From: Cyanophyceae cyanobacterium
GTDB lineage: Bacteria > Cyanobacteriota > Cyanobacteriia > Cyanobacteriales > JBHJGN01
DNA length: 64,000 bases
Assembly (NCBI GenBank): GCA_050331735.1
Contig: JBHJGN010000029.1
Span: forward strand, 64,001-128,000
Direction: 5' to 3'
Shown: piece by piece, positions 12,632 through 22,143 of the stretch
Layout of the letters: every line of letters starts with the position of its first letter
Position numbering within the stretch: position 1 is the stretch's first letter
Made by a program: the position numbers and the translations under genes
Notes under the pieces: generated by a model
What the model saw: the letters and a program-made list of their open reading frames with translations, nothing else
Told to the model about the DNA's origin: nothing
The model's database searches: none

Positions 12632-13903
12632 ATGAGTCCAGACCTTTTAGAAAAAACGACGGCGATTAGTTCAGCAGTCGAGTCTTCCTTTGATGCCGAT
12701 CGCTTTGATGCGAACGTGATGAGCACCTACAAACGCTTTCCCATTGCGATTGAACGAGGACAGGGATGCCGACTGTGGGATACCCAAGGACGCGAGTATC
12801 TCGATTTTGTCGCCGGAATTGCCACCTGTACCCTCGGTCACGCACCTCCAGCTTTAATTGAAGCCGTCACCGACCAAATTAATAAACTTCATCACGTTTC
12901 CAATCTCTATTACGTTCCCGAACAGGGACAGCTCGCTCAGTGGATTGTCGCTCATTCCTGTGCCGATCGCGTCTTTTTCTGTAACTCTGGGGCAGAAGCC
13001 AACGAAGCCGCCATCAAACTGATTCGCAAGTATGCCCATACGGTTCTCGATATCGACTCCCCTGTGATTTTAACCGCTCAGGCCAGTTTCCACGGGCGGA
13101 CTCTGGCCACCATTACCGCGACCGGTCAGCCCAAATATCACCAGGGGTTTGAGCCATTGGTGTCTGGGTTTGAGTACGTGCCCTACAACGATATTACGGC
13201 GATCGAGGATGCCATTACCGATATTGACGAAGGCGATCGCCGCGTTGCCGCTATTATGCTCGAACCGCTTCAGGGAGAGGGCGGCGTCCGTCCCGGCGAA
13301 CTCGAGTATTTCTTGCGTTTGCGGAAAATTTGCGATGAAACTGGCATTTTACTGGCCTTTGACGAAGTGCAGGCAGGAGTCGGTCGGACTGGCAAGTTTT
13401 GGGGCTACGAAAATTTAGGAGTAGAACCCGACATTTTCACCAGCGCCAAAGGATTAGCGGGCGGTATTCCCATTGGGGCAATGGCGTGTAAACAGTTTTG
13501 CGATGTGTTTGAGCCCGGTAATCATGCTAGTACCTTCGGCGGTAACCCCCTAGCCTGTCGGGCGGCGTTAGCCGTGTGTCAGACCCTAGAACGGGAGAAT
13601 ATTCTTCAGAATGTACAGGCGCGCGGCGAACAGCTCCGCACTCGGTTGAGAGCGATACAGTCCCGGTATCCGCAGTTGTTTACAGAAGTACGCGGTTGGG
13701 GGCTGATCAACGGCATGCAAATCAGCGAAGAGACCGAGTTAACCTCGATTAAAATTGTTGAAGCAGCCATGACAACAGGTTTACTGATTGCTCCTGCTGG
13801 TCCAAAAGTATTGCGCTTTGTTCCGCCCCTGATTGTGACCTCAGAAGAAGTCGATCGAGCCGCCGAGATTCTGGTAAGGGTAATTGAAGCGGTTGCGCCG
13901 TAG
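12632..13903 (+). CDS. argD: Acetylornithine aminotransferase
   Basis: CNSGAEANEAAIK, SFHGRT, DEVQAGVGRTG, AKGLAGG, HASTFGGNP. Confidence 0.92.
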   Translation: MSPDLLEKTTAISSAVESSFDADRFDANVMSTYKRFPIAIERGQGCRLWDTQGREYLDFVAGIATCTLGHAPPALIEAVTDQINKLHHVSNLYYVPEQGQLAQWIVAHSCADRVFFCNSGAEANEAAIKLIRKYAHTVLDIDSPVILTAQASFHGRTLATITATGQPKYHQGFEPLVSGFEYVPYNDITAIEDAITDIDEGDRRVAAIMLEPLQGEGGVRPGELEYFLRLRKICDETGILLAFDEVQAGVGRTGKFWGYENLGVEPDIFTSAKGLAGGIPIGAMACKQFCDVFEPGNHASTFGGNPLACRAALAVCQTLERENILQNVQARGEQLRTRLRAIQSRYPQLFTEVRGWGLINGMQISEETELTSIKIVEAAMTTGLLIAPAGPKVLRFVPPLIVTSEEVDRAAEILVRVIEAVAP

Positions 13904-13904
13904 G

Positions 13905-14032
13905 TGCAGGGAATAGGGTAAGGGATAAGGAGGAAAGGAAGTAATTAGTACTTTTGTTCCTTAACCCTGTGTTCGTTGCCCGTCGCGGAGCGACAAATTT
14001 CCCTTTCCCCGTCCCAAAGGGACATTTCCCCT
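13905..14032. repeat. Dispersed mosaic repeat, copy B
   Basis: Near-identical to 2890-3020; hairpins GTCGC-GGA-GCGAC and GTCCC-AAA-GGGAC. Confidence 0.85.
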
Positions 14033-14068
14033 TTAGTAAAATTGGGTTAATTCCTCTATCGATTTGGT

Positions 14069-15571
14069 ATGACGAGTACCTCTAACCCCAAAACAAATAC
14101 TGCCCATACGCGTCCAGCGAGTACCACCGAACATATTCTGACTCTCGCCGACGAGACGCTGCGCTATACGGCCACCGCCGAGTGGCAAACTCTGTTTGAC
14201 AAGGAAAAACCGATTGCCGAACTGTTTCATATTGCCTATCTTGCAGACGAGGTAGATTATTCCCTGCGCCCCATTACCTTTATTTTTAATGGGGGACCGG
14301 GGGCAGCTTCGGCGTATCTGCACATGGGGGCCCTGGGACCAAAACGGGTTTATTTCAACGCAGACGGCAGCTTACCCAAGCCTCCAGTCAAAATTTTAGA
14401 CAATCAGGAAAGCTGGCTGTGCTTTTCGGATTTAGTCTTTGTCGATCCGATTGGCACTGGTTTTAGTCGGGTGCTGCCCCAAGACCAAGAAGAAGATGCA
14501 GCTAAAGAGCAGGAAAAGACAGAAGACAAATTCAAAGAAACCCAGTTCTGGGAAGTCGAGCGCGATCTTAAGTCCTTGGGCGAGTTTATGCAGGGGTTTT
14601 TGTCTCGCAAAAAGCGCTGGCTGTCTCCTATTTTTATTGCGGGAGAAAGTTACGGAGGCTTTCGGGTCGCCAAATTGGCTCGCAAGCTTCAGCAAGATTT
14701 TGGCATCGGTCTTTCAGGAGCGATCTTAATCTCGCCAGCCCTTGAATTTAGTATTTTAGAAGGGGGAGACTACAACCTATCTTATTGGGCCACTCTCATC
14801 CCGTCCTTTGCTGCTGCCGCCGCCTATCATCAACGCGCCAGATGGACCAGCGAACCGGGAGATATTGACGCTCATATCCGCGCTGCTGAAAAATTTACGC
14901 GACAGACCTATATTCCCCTGCTAGCAATGGGAGATACGGCACCAGAAGACGAACGACAAGCCGTCTACCAAACGCTAGCTGACTTGATTGGTTTACCCGT
15001 CAGTTTGATTGAAAAGCACGGCGGTCGAGTGGACCGAGACGTTTTTGCTCGCGAACTTCTTCGCAAGGACAAAAAAATTGTTGGTTTATACGATGCAGCC
15101 ATTACCGCCATCGACCCCTTTCCAAATCGCTCAACCTATGCAGGGAGTGACCCCACTTTAGATGGCCTACAGCGATTATTTACTGGAGGAATCAATCACC
15201 ATCTGCGCGACACGCTTAAGGTTGAGACTGATTTAAGCTATCATCTGCTCAATTTTGACATTTTTAAGGAATGGAAGTTTGAGCTCAAAACCGATTTCAA
15301 GCAGGGGTATATTGGCGCGGTAGACGATTTGCGCGTTGGAATGACGCTAAATCCATACATGAAAGTATTAATTACTCACGGCATTTTTGATTTAGTCACA
15401 ACTTACTTTGCTTCCAGCCATTTAGCGGCGCTGATGAAGCTGGCGACCGAGGTGCGCCCAAACTTATTTCTCATGAATTACCGTGGTGGACATATGTTCT
15501 ACACCTGGGACGAATCTCGCCGCCAGTGGTTTGAGCAGATGCAGGCTTTTTATCAATTAGCACTAGGTTAG
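14069..15571 (+). CDS. Peptidase S10 serine carboxypeptidase
   Basis: FNGGPGAAS, DPIGTGFS, GESYGG, GGHMFY. Confidence 0.92.
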   Translation: MTSTSNPKTNTAHTRPASTTEHILTLADETLRYTATAEWQTLFDKEKPIAELFHIAYLADEVDYSLRPITFIFNGGPGAASAYLHMGALGPKRVYFNADGSLPKPPVKILDNQESWLCFSDLVFVDPIGTGFSRVLPQDQEEDAAKEQEKTEDKFKETQFWEVERDLKSLGEFMQGFLSRKKRWLSPIFIAGESYGGFRVAKLARKLQQDFGIGLSGAILISPALEFSILEGGDYNLSYWATLIPSFAAAAAYHQRARWTSEPGDIDAHIRAAEKFTRQTYIPLLAMGDTAPEDERQAVYQTLADLIGLPVSLIEKHGGRVDRDVFARELLRKDKKIVGLYDAAITAIDPFPNRSTYAGSDPTLDGLQRLFTGGINHHLRDTLKVETDLSYHLLNFDIFKEWKFELKTDFKQGYIGAVDDLRVGMTLNPYMKVLITHGIFDLVTTYFASSHLAALMKLATEVRPNLFLMNYRGGHMFYTWDESRRQWFEQMQAFYQLALG

Positions 15572-15581
15572 AGGACACGTG

Positions 15582-15790
15582 GAAAGCACTCCTAGGCGCG
15601 GGGAAAGGGCAAAGTTGCTCCGCAACGGGAAAAGGGGAAGGGGGAAAGGGCAAAGGGGGGGAATGAATTAGCTTGTTCTTTAACCCCATGTTCTGTTTCC
15701 GTTGCAAGCGCGACAGTTTTTCCTGTCTTGGTGCGCTACCCCGTTCCGTAGGAACGATTTCCCCTTTCCCCGTCCCACACCGGACTTCTC
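15582..15790. repeat. Dispersed mosaic repeat, copy C
   Basis: GGGGAAAGGG runs, core TTAGCTTGTTCTTTAACCCCATGTTC, hairpins GTTGC-TCC-GCAAC and GTTCC-GTA-GGAAC. Confidence 0.8.
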
Positions 15791-15791
15791 C

Positions 15792-16154
15792 TCATGAAAT
15801 AGCAACTGGCACTTCTGTACGACGTTCTAAATTTAAAGTGAGATTTTCATCGCTGCGATGAGCTTCCCATCTTCCAGAATCAAAGTCTAGCTGCCAGTGG
15901 CCTTGCATGTAGTCTTCACTTTCTGCAATCGTGCCACTGTAGCGAACTGAATGGCGCAACCCCCCTAAGTACTGCTTAGTAAAAGTCACTCGTCTGCCAA
16001 TTACCTCGCCGACTAAGGAAGCTTCTCCCAAATACCCATCATCAAGAACTCTTCCGCTGAGAGTATTGCCTCCTTGAACGAGGGTAAATTCAAAACGGGT
16101 TGGCAACTCTCGCTGCCAGTAAGTTCCAAGCCATGTTCCGCTGAGATCTGCCAT
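15792..16154 (-). CDS. Conserved cyanobacterial hypothetical beta-barrel protein
   Basis: MADLSGTWLGTYWQ ORF, 120 aa. Confidence 0.75.
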   Translation of the reverse strand: MADLSGTWLGTYWQRELPTRFEFTLVQGGNTLSGRVLDDGYLGEASLVGEVIGRRVTFTKQYLGGLRHSVRYSGTIAESEDYMQGHWQLDFDSGRWEAHRSDENLTLNLERRTEVPVAIS

Positions 16155-16373
16155 GAACCAATCGAGCCTGTCTCTTTAATAGATTGTACAGAGATTTTGA
16201 ATAGCAATTTCAGTTCCTGTGCTTTCACAACTGGGTAAGCGCCTCTTCCCAAAACAGCATACGGTGTTTGAAGTTACAGATTTTCCTCGGCGTACTTGTT
16301 ATAACGAGTTTGTGTACACTTGGCTGTTAAGTTTAAGCCGTAGACCAGCTTGTTTAAATTCACCCCCTCAACC

Positions 16374-17276
16374 ATGGAACACACCTCAATCCAGCTTACA
16401 GAGCAGCAAATTTCTCAGTTTCGACACGATGGGTTTTTAATCTTAGAAAATCTGATTCCCCAAGAACTGGTTACTCGCTTGGTTGAACGCATTGAGCCTT
16501 TGTTTTCTGGAGACTTTGAAACGGGAATCTATCCCGATGAGTGGCACTGGCGTCCCGGGCTAAGTTTACCCGATGCGACTCGACAGATGTGCAACGTTTG
16601 GAAATGTGACTTAACCGTTGCTAGCGTGGTTCTTTCAGCGGAAATTGGTCGCTTGGTGGCAACTCTGTCGGGCTGGCAAGGGGCACGGATTGGACAGGAC
16701 TGCCTATGGATGAAAACTTTAGGGAGCAAAGAAGTAGCCCTACATCAAGACGCAACCTATATTAGCTATCTCACGCCGCCTGAAATGACCACCTGCTGGA
16801 TTCCCTTGGATGATACTATTGCTGGGGCAGGAACCCTTGAGTACGCCAAAGGTTCGCATAGGTGGCCCCTTCAAAAAGAAGCCGGAGAGTTTCATGCTCC
16901 CGCATCTTCTTATCGATTGTCGATGGAACGAGCCGCCGCTCAAGCCGGAGTCGATTGGCCTGAAATTGTGTACGTGGAAATTCCTGCCGGAGGCTGTGTG
17001 ATCCATCATGGCAACGTGTGGCATGGTTCGGGAAAGAACACTCATCCTGAAAAAGTGCGCCGTAGCTTGAGCATTCATCTGCTTTCTTCAGAAACCCAAT
17101 TTGCTTCTACAGGAGTTGGCTACATCTATGGACGCTACAAACGAGTGGGAGATACGACGATGGATGAAAGTTTCTTCCCAATTTTGTGGACTCAGGACGG
17201 GTGCCGAACTCAGTTTCTAGAAAACTACTGCCAAGATGCTTTATCAGCAGCACCTCGTCTGGAATTAATTAGCTAA
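16374..17276 (+). CDS. Phytanoyl-CoA dioxygenase (PhyH) family Fe/2OG enzyme
   Basis: HQD, WIPLDD, HHGNVWHGSGKN, RRSLSIH. Confidence 0.88.
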   Translation: MEHTSIQLTEQQISQFRHDGFLILENLIPQELVTRLVERIEPLFSGDFETGIYPDEWHWRPGLSLPDATRQMCNVWKCDLTVASVVLSAEIGRLVATLSGWQGARIGQDCLWMKTLGSKEVALHQDATYISYLTPPEMTTCWIPLDDTIAGAGTLEYAKGSHRWPLQKEAGEFHAPASSYRLSMERAAAQAGVDWPEIVYVEIPAGGCVIHHGNVWHGSGKNTHPEKVRRSLSIHLLSSETQFASTGVGYIYGRYKRVGDTTMDESFFPILWTQDGCRTQFLENYCQDALSAAPRLELIS

Positions 17277-17292
17277 TCAAAATAGCAAATTT

Positions 17293-17479
17293 TATAGCGA
17301 TGTGGTTTCGTATTCATGGTTGAGTTTGTTGATTATTGATAGTTCATTGTTTTTTGAAATCTCAAGTTGATTTCCTGAGCAATTCAGAGAAGAAAGAGGT
17401 GGTAAAAATGTTTTTACCATTGAGAAGTCTTTACCGTTTATTGCCAAAAAACTCAATCGAACCAAATTTTATCTCTATT
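17293..17479. mobile_element. Degenerate MITE-like element
   Basis: Ends ATAGCGAT..GGTTGAGTTT and AAACTCAATC..ATCTCTAT form imperfect terminal inverted repeats; AT-rich, noncoding. Confidence 0.4.
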
Positions 17480-17682
17480 AAGCTAACGGCAAAGCATTAA
17501 CTTCAAGTCGAATTACACAAAGCTGTAATTTAAAAAAGCATTAGAGCGGCTGTTGAAACAATAATTTGCTGTCTAACTATATCTTTTGGCGATCAACAAC
17601 GAGAGCTCGGTTTCCTACTTTCATTCAACTTTAGAAGTAGGCATTACTGCAACCGAAACTCCTTCTGATTTGGGTATAGTTT

Positions 17683-17696
17683 GTAGTGATAGTTAC
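17683..17696 (+). promoter_or_regulatory. NtcA binding site upstream of amt
   Basis: tGTAGTGATAGTTACa = GTA-N8-TAC; CAATCT 22 nt downstream. Confidence 0.75.
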
Positions 17697-17796
17697 AAAA
17701 CTTTTAATAAAAATACTGCAATCTGTTTACATTCAACGGTCTTACTGTCAGGCCAACTAAAAGTAATTTAAAACGAACATTCACAAAATAAAATCG

Positions 17797-19218
17797 ATGG
17801 ATCCTGAAGTTCAAGAATTCTTAGGAACATTTGTTTCAGAGTCCTACTATTACTGGGCTTCTGTATTTATGCTGTTGATTCATGCTGGCTTCCTCGCCTA
17901 CGAAGGGGGGGCCTCCCGCACCAAAAACGTGCTAGCAACAATGGTTAAAAACCTGCTCACTCTCTCTAGTGTGGGACTAACGTTTTTCTTCTTCGGGTGG
18001 TGGGTGTACAACGGCTTCCCACTCTTTCCAGTAGCGGGAGGAATTATTGGTCCCTGGACGAACCCAGATACCAGTGAGTTAGTCGCCGAGTTAAAAGGAC
18101 TGGCGGATGCTTCTTATCCCTGGTCTGAAGCGATGGGCCCTAATACAGCAGACAACTTAACCGGGGTATTCTTCTTTGCCTTTGCCCTGTTTTCGATGAC
18201 CACGGCCTCCATTCTCTCTGGGGCGGTGATTGAGCGGATTAAGGTAGGAGCCTATATCATTCTCTCCGTCGTTCTAGGCTCATTTACCTGGGTGGTAGCC
18301 GCCGCTTGGGGATGGCACTATGCAGGCTGGTATTTTACGGCCCTGGGCTATCACGATTTTGGCTGTTCGGCGGTGCTTCACGCCGTTTCTGGTTTTTTTG
18401 CTCTCGGGGTGCTGATCAATTTAGGAGCGCGGATTGGCAAGTATGACGAACAGGGAAGACCTAGACCAATCCTTCCCCACAACTTACCGCTCACCATGCT
18501 TGGCTTAATGCTGATCTTTGTGGGCTTCTACGCCTTTTTGGCCGCCTGCGTGATCTTCGTTCCGGGACAAACGGTGGAGACGACGATCTACGGAACACCA
18601 ATGACGCTGGCTTCTATTGGGGTGAATACAACTCTAGCTCTAGCCTCTGGCATTATTGGAGCCTATATTGGTTCTAAAGCAGACCCGTTTTTTACCATTT
18701 CTGGAGGACTGGCAGGGATTATTACCGTTGGGGCAGGGCTTGACCTGTATCATCCAGCGCTCATTATTGTGCTGGCGTTTGCTGGTGCTTGGGTGATGCC
18801 GAAAGTGGCGATCGCTCTTGAAAAATCAGGCATTGATGATGCCGTTGGGGCTTTTGCTGTACACGGTTTCTGCGGCTTAATCGGAGCCATTTTGCCCGGA
18901 TTCTTTGCCTACGGCTACCCGCAAGCTGAGGGTGTTCCGGTGATTAACCCCATCGGTCAGATCGTGCCTGCGCTCATCTGCGCTGTTATTTTGGGCTTTA
19001 TTCCCGGATACGTCACCAGCTTTGTGCTCAAGAAAATGGGGTTACTGAGGGTTTCTCGCGCCGAAGAACTAGAAGGTCTCGATCTAGCCGATCTTGGTGT
19101 AGAAGGCTATCCAGAGTACAGCATGACCTGGCAAACAGAAGCCATCGAACCGCCCCATGCTGCTGCCCCAGTAGGAGGTGCGATGAGTCAACAGCCCGGT
19201 ACAGCCGGAATAGAATAG
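17797..19218 (+). CDS. amt: Amt-family ammonium/methylammonium transporter, divergent subtype
   Basis: HAGFLAYEGGASRTKN, SGAVIER, HDFGCSAVLH, DDAVGAFAVHG (twin His). Confidence 0.9.
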   Translation: MDPEVQEFLGTFVSESYYYWASVFMLLIHAGFLAYEGGASRTKNVLATMVKNLLTLSSVGLTFFFFGWWVYNGFPLFPVAGGIIGPWTNPDTSELVAELKGLADASYPWSEAMGPNTADNLTGVFFFAFALFSMTTASILSGAVIERIKVGAYIILSVVLGSFTWVVAAAWGWHYAGWYFTALGYHDFGCSAVLHAVSGFFALGVLINLGARIGKYDEQGRPRPILPHNLPLTMLGLMLIFVGFYAFLAACVIFVPGQTVETTIYGTPMTLASIGVNTTLALASGIIGAYIGSKADPFFTISGGLAGIITVGAGLDLYHPALIIVLAFAGAWVMPKVAIALEKSGIDDAVGAFAVHGFCGLIGAILPGFFAYGYPQAEGVPVINPIGQIVPALICAVILGFIPGYVTSFVLKKMGLLRVSRAEELEGLDLADLGVEGYPEYSMTWQTEAIEPPHAAAPVGGAMSQQPGTAGIE

Positions 19219-19227
19219 GGAGGAACT

Positions 19228-19656
19228 ATGAGCAGTCCGTTTTCAACACCACAAGAGTTTTTAGAAGTGGAAGGCCCTCTATATACCTTCGCCAATAGCC
19301 CGATTTGGATCGCTGTGTTCCTGATTTTGAGCGTGCTGATCTTTCTATGGTTTATCGTGGCTTCTTACGGAACCAAAAGCGGTGAAGGGCGCGGTCCGAA
19401 TCCGACCGTTATGAGTATTTTGCTGATTACCAGTGTGGTATCCCTAGCAGAATCAATTTATACAGCAAGCGTTGAGCGAGTTCGGGAAGAAGCAAGAAGG
19501 GCTCCTACAGCCAGGACTTATTCCAGCAGTCGTCCTAAAAAAACTGCCGCTATTCAAAGAGCTTTACAGCTCCCTGCTACTTTACTTGGGATTAGCTTCG
19601 TCACGGGGGCAACCCAACGACGCAAGCGTTCTCGTCGAATCAAGCGACGACCTTAA
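19228..19656 (+). CDS. Small membrane protein probably co-transcribed with amt
   Basis: GGAGG RBS in the 9-nt gap after the amt stop; two hydrophobic segments. Confidence 0.75.
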   Translation: MSSPFSTPQEFLEVEGPLYTFANSPIWIAVFLILSVLIFLWFIVASYGTKSGEGRGPNPTVMSILLITSVVSLAESIYTASVERVREEARRAPTARTYSSSRPKKTAAIQRALQLPATLLGISFVTGATQRRKRSRRIKRRP

Positions 19657-19699
19657 CGTTAGTTGACATACCGCTAATAGAATCGGGCTTCCTTCTTCA

Positions 19700-19728
19700 T
19701 CAAGAGAGATTGTTTCAGTCTCTCTTGA
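19700..19728 (+). terminator. Hairpin ending the amt operon
   Basis: TCAAGAGAGATTG-TTT-CAGTCTCTCTTGA. Confidence 0.65.
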
Positions 19729-19788
19729 AACTGTTTTAGAGGGTAGTCTATTTTTTAAACTATTTGTAGATGATTCAAAGCTAGACTT

Positions 19789-19917
19789 ATACCAATTAGA
19801 AAAAGTAATAGGAGACTTGATGAGTTGGGGGAAAGGGAAGCACAGCAGCTCTTTGCCCTTGAACCTCCAATTGTTGGTTAGTTTGGGAACTATCTGACTA
19901 CTTTCGGTAAATGGTAT
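19789..19917. mobile_element. MITE-like element of about 130 bp
   Basis: Left ATACCAATTAGAAAAGTA versus reverse complement of right end ATACCATTTACCGAAAGTA; internal GGGGGAAAGGG and TTTGCCCTT. Confidence 0.5.
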
Positions 19918-19954
19918 TAACTTATGGAAACATATTCGTAGGCAATTAGATACG

Positions 19955-20539
19955 ATGTCCCTAGCACATCATTTTCTAACGATGGCTTACAATAATGCTT
20001 GGGCAAATTATCGCTTGTTGTCAACGTGTTGCGGTCTTAGTCAAGCTGAGTTTGTGGCCACAAGAACCAGTTTTTTTTCCTCAATCAAAGCAACGTTAAA
20101 TCATTTACTAACTGTGAATTGGTTTTATATTGATGCTTTAGAGCGCAGCATAGAGAGAGAACCACTCAACGATGAAACCTGGAGGTTCTTCGAGCACGAA
20201 CCATTTAATACCTGTGCCGAACTACAGCGCGAACAACGACAAACGGATGAACGCTTGATTGAGTTTTGTCGGTCAATAACAGAAGCGTGTCTGACTCAAC
20301 CAGTAAGAATTCCTCGACCAGATTTTGTTCAAACAGAACAGATGTCACGCCTTCTATCACACCTCTTTCAACATCAGATCCATCATCGAGGACAAGTCCA
20401 TGAAATGCTTGCCGAACAGTCCAGCCTCCTCAACTCGATGAGTTCTTTTGTGTGGATGAGGCAAAGTTACGAGAGAGCGATTTTCGGGAGCTTAGTTTTT
20501 CCGAGCAAGAAATTTGGGAGCGTTGATACATACCGTTAG
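19955..20539 (+). pseudogene. DinB family protein with C-terminal frameshift
   Basis: NNAWAN, HLL and HQIHHRGQVH motifs; the family-type tail QPPQLDEFF..EQEIW lies in another frame from about 20419 to a stop at 20526. Confidence 0.75.
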
Positions 20540-20568
20540 CAAGGCTCGAAATTTACTAACCAAAGAGA

Positions 20569-20897
20569 TCAGTAAGAAAACATTGCCACTAGAACTTTAG
20601 CAACTTGTCTCGATTCATTGTCATCTAGGGTTCCTAGACGTTTAATCAACCTAGTTTTGTCGATACTTCTAAGATGGTCAAGGGCAACCTCGCCTTTGCG
20701 TTGCTCAAATTGACCCCCTACCCTTATTGAATATTTTTTCGGGTTGAAGTCAGTGGTGTGATGATTGCTGTTGCACTAGGTTCATTCATCTCATTGGGAG
20801 AGACAATAATACACGGTCTCGTTTTTTTCATTTCCGAACTTTGTGTTGGATCGAGCGTAACAATCCAAACCTCAAATCTTTTTGGATAGGCTACCAC
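20569..20897 (-). pseudogene. PemK/MazF toxin, frameshifted (absent from ORF track)
   Basis: VAYPKRFEVWIVTLDPTQSSEMKKTRPCIIVSPNEMN...TRK, shift at A6 run, YSIRVGGQFEQRKGEVALDHLRSIDKTRLIKRLG; 329 bp = 330-1. Confidence 0.88.
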
Positions 20898-21151
20898 GTC
20901 CAGTCTTCATTATCTGCACCGTTCATCATCAACTCGTAATCGGGATCGAGCTTGTCATCTCCTTCAGCATGCATTTTCTCAAAAGCCTCCTTCCACCCTT
21001 CTCGAGGATTTTCTGAGATCGGGTCGAGTAGGTACTGACCTTGTTCATTAACTAAAACGGCAAATTGCTGATTGGCTAAAGCAGAATTAAGCGTTACTCT
21101 CCCTCGGTCATCTGCTTTGGTTTTTCCTTTAATAACTTTAAAATCTGCCAT
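20891..21151 (-). CDS. AbrB/MazE-like antitoxin
   Basis: DDRGRVTL AbrB-like motif, PREGWKEAF..acidic DWTW tail; overlaps toxin start. Confidence 0.75.
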   Translation of the reverse strand: MADFKVIKGKTKADDRGRVTLNSALANQQFAVLVNEQGQYLLDPISENPREGWKEAFEKMHAEGDDKLDPDYELMMNGADNEDWTW

Positions 21152-21396
21152 TTTCTTGACCTAGCTTACTTCCCTGAGTTTATCCCATCGATGGGTAGAT
21201 GGGTAAAAGGCTTGGTGTTTTGGGAACTTCTTTGATCTACAGATAACAGGGAGCTTTTGGGCGAGATTATGTTGAAAAGCAATTGCTTCAACGCTTTATT
21301 TGCATATAGAAAATATTTTTGCAACCTTAACTACAAAAAGTCAAAAGAAAAAACTAGCCTAAGAAAAAGATTGGTTAAATTCTAGAGAGTTCTTCA

Positions 21397-21530
21397 ATGT
21401 GCGATCGCGCCCTGCGCTTTCTTGGGTCCATTAAACTCGCTGTTCTCCTCCTTGCCGTTATTACTAGTATCTTCATCTAGGCCACTTTCTCTCAAGCTCA
21501 GGAAGCAGATTTCAGTAAGGCAGTAGCACC
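21397..21530 (+). pseudogene. Possible N-terminal remnant of a ResB/Ccs1-like membrane protein
   Basis: MCDRALRFLGSIKLAVLLLAVITSIFI*ATFSQ resembles the ResB first TM helix. Confidence 0.35.
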
Positions 21531-21660
21531 AAATAGAAAATGGGTGAGTCCTCATTTGTTATTCGGAAGTCGGACGTTCAATTGTTTTTCTCCCGACTAA
21601 ATTTGGCAAGAACTATACTGTAGTAGCTAGAACAGCCATTAAAGATTAACTATCAAAACC

Positions 21661-22107
21661 ATGAATCGCCGCGAATTTTTAGGGTGGATCAGCGTTGGCA
21701 TGTTAGCCAGTTCTTTACCTGTCGTGCTTGCTGCCTGCAACTCCAATACTCCAGAAGCTGACACAGAAGCCGCCACGACAGCCGAAATTGATACCTCTGT
21801 CCGCGAAGATGGTTTTCAGGCTGTCGGGACAGTCGAGGAATTAGAGACTGACGGGAGCGTTATCGACAAAATGGCTGATGTCTTGGTTGTCCGCACCTCA
21901 GAAGACGAGCTGGTGGCGGTGAATCCACTGTGCACTCACCAAGGCTGTACCGTTGATTGGGAAACGGATGCAGCCGCTTTTGTCTGCCCTTGTCATGGCT
22001 CTAAATTTGGTCCAACAGGAGAGGTATTGTCCGGTCCGGCCCAAAAACCTTTATCCAGCTACGAGGCTAAAATTGAGGATAATTTAGTGCTGGCAAAGGT
22101 TAGCTAG
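21661..22107 (+). CDS. Tat/lipoprotein Rieske 2Fe-2S protein (PetC3-like)
   Basis: MNRREFL Tat motif, LAAC lipobox, CTHQGC and CPCHGS. Confidence 0.9.
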   Translation: MNRREFLGWISVGMLASSLPVVLAACNSNTPEADTEAATTAEIDTSVREDGFQAVGTVEELETDGSVIDKMADVLVVRTSEDELVAVNPLCTHQGCTVDWETDAAAFVCPCHGSKFGPTGEVLSGPAQKPLSSYEAKIEDNLVLAKVS

Positions 22108-22143
22108 CACTCTGCCTAAGCTACTTTCCCTTCTGTCTCTTCG

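Noticed and set aside
16374..17276. PhyH gene as mysH of the mycosporine pathway
   Set aside because: It lies 37 kb from mysC, and PhyH is a large family; there is no specific support
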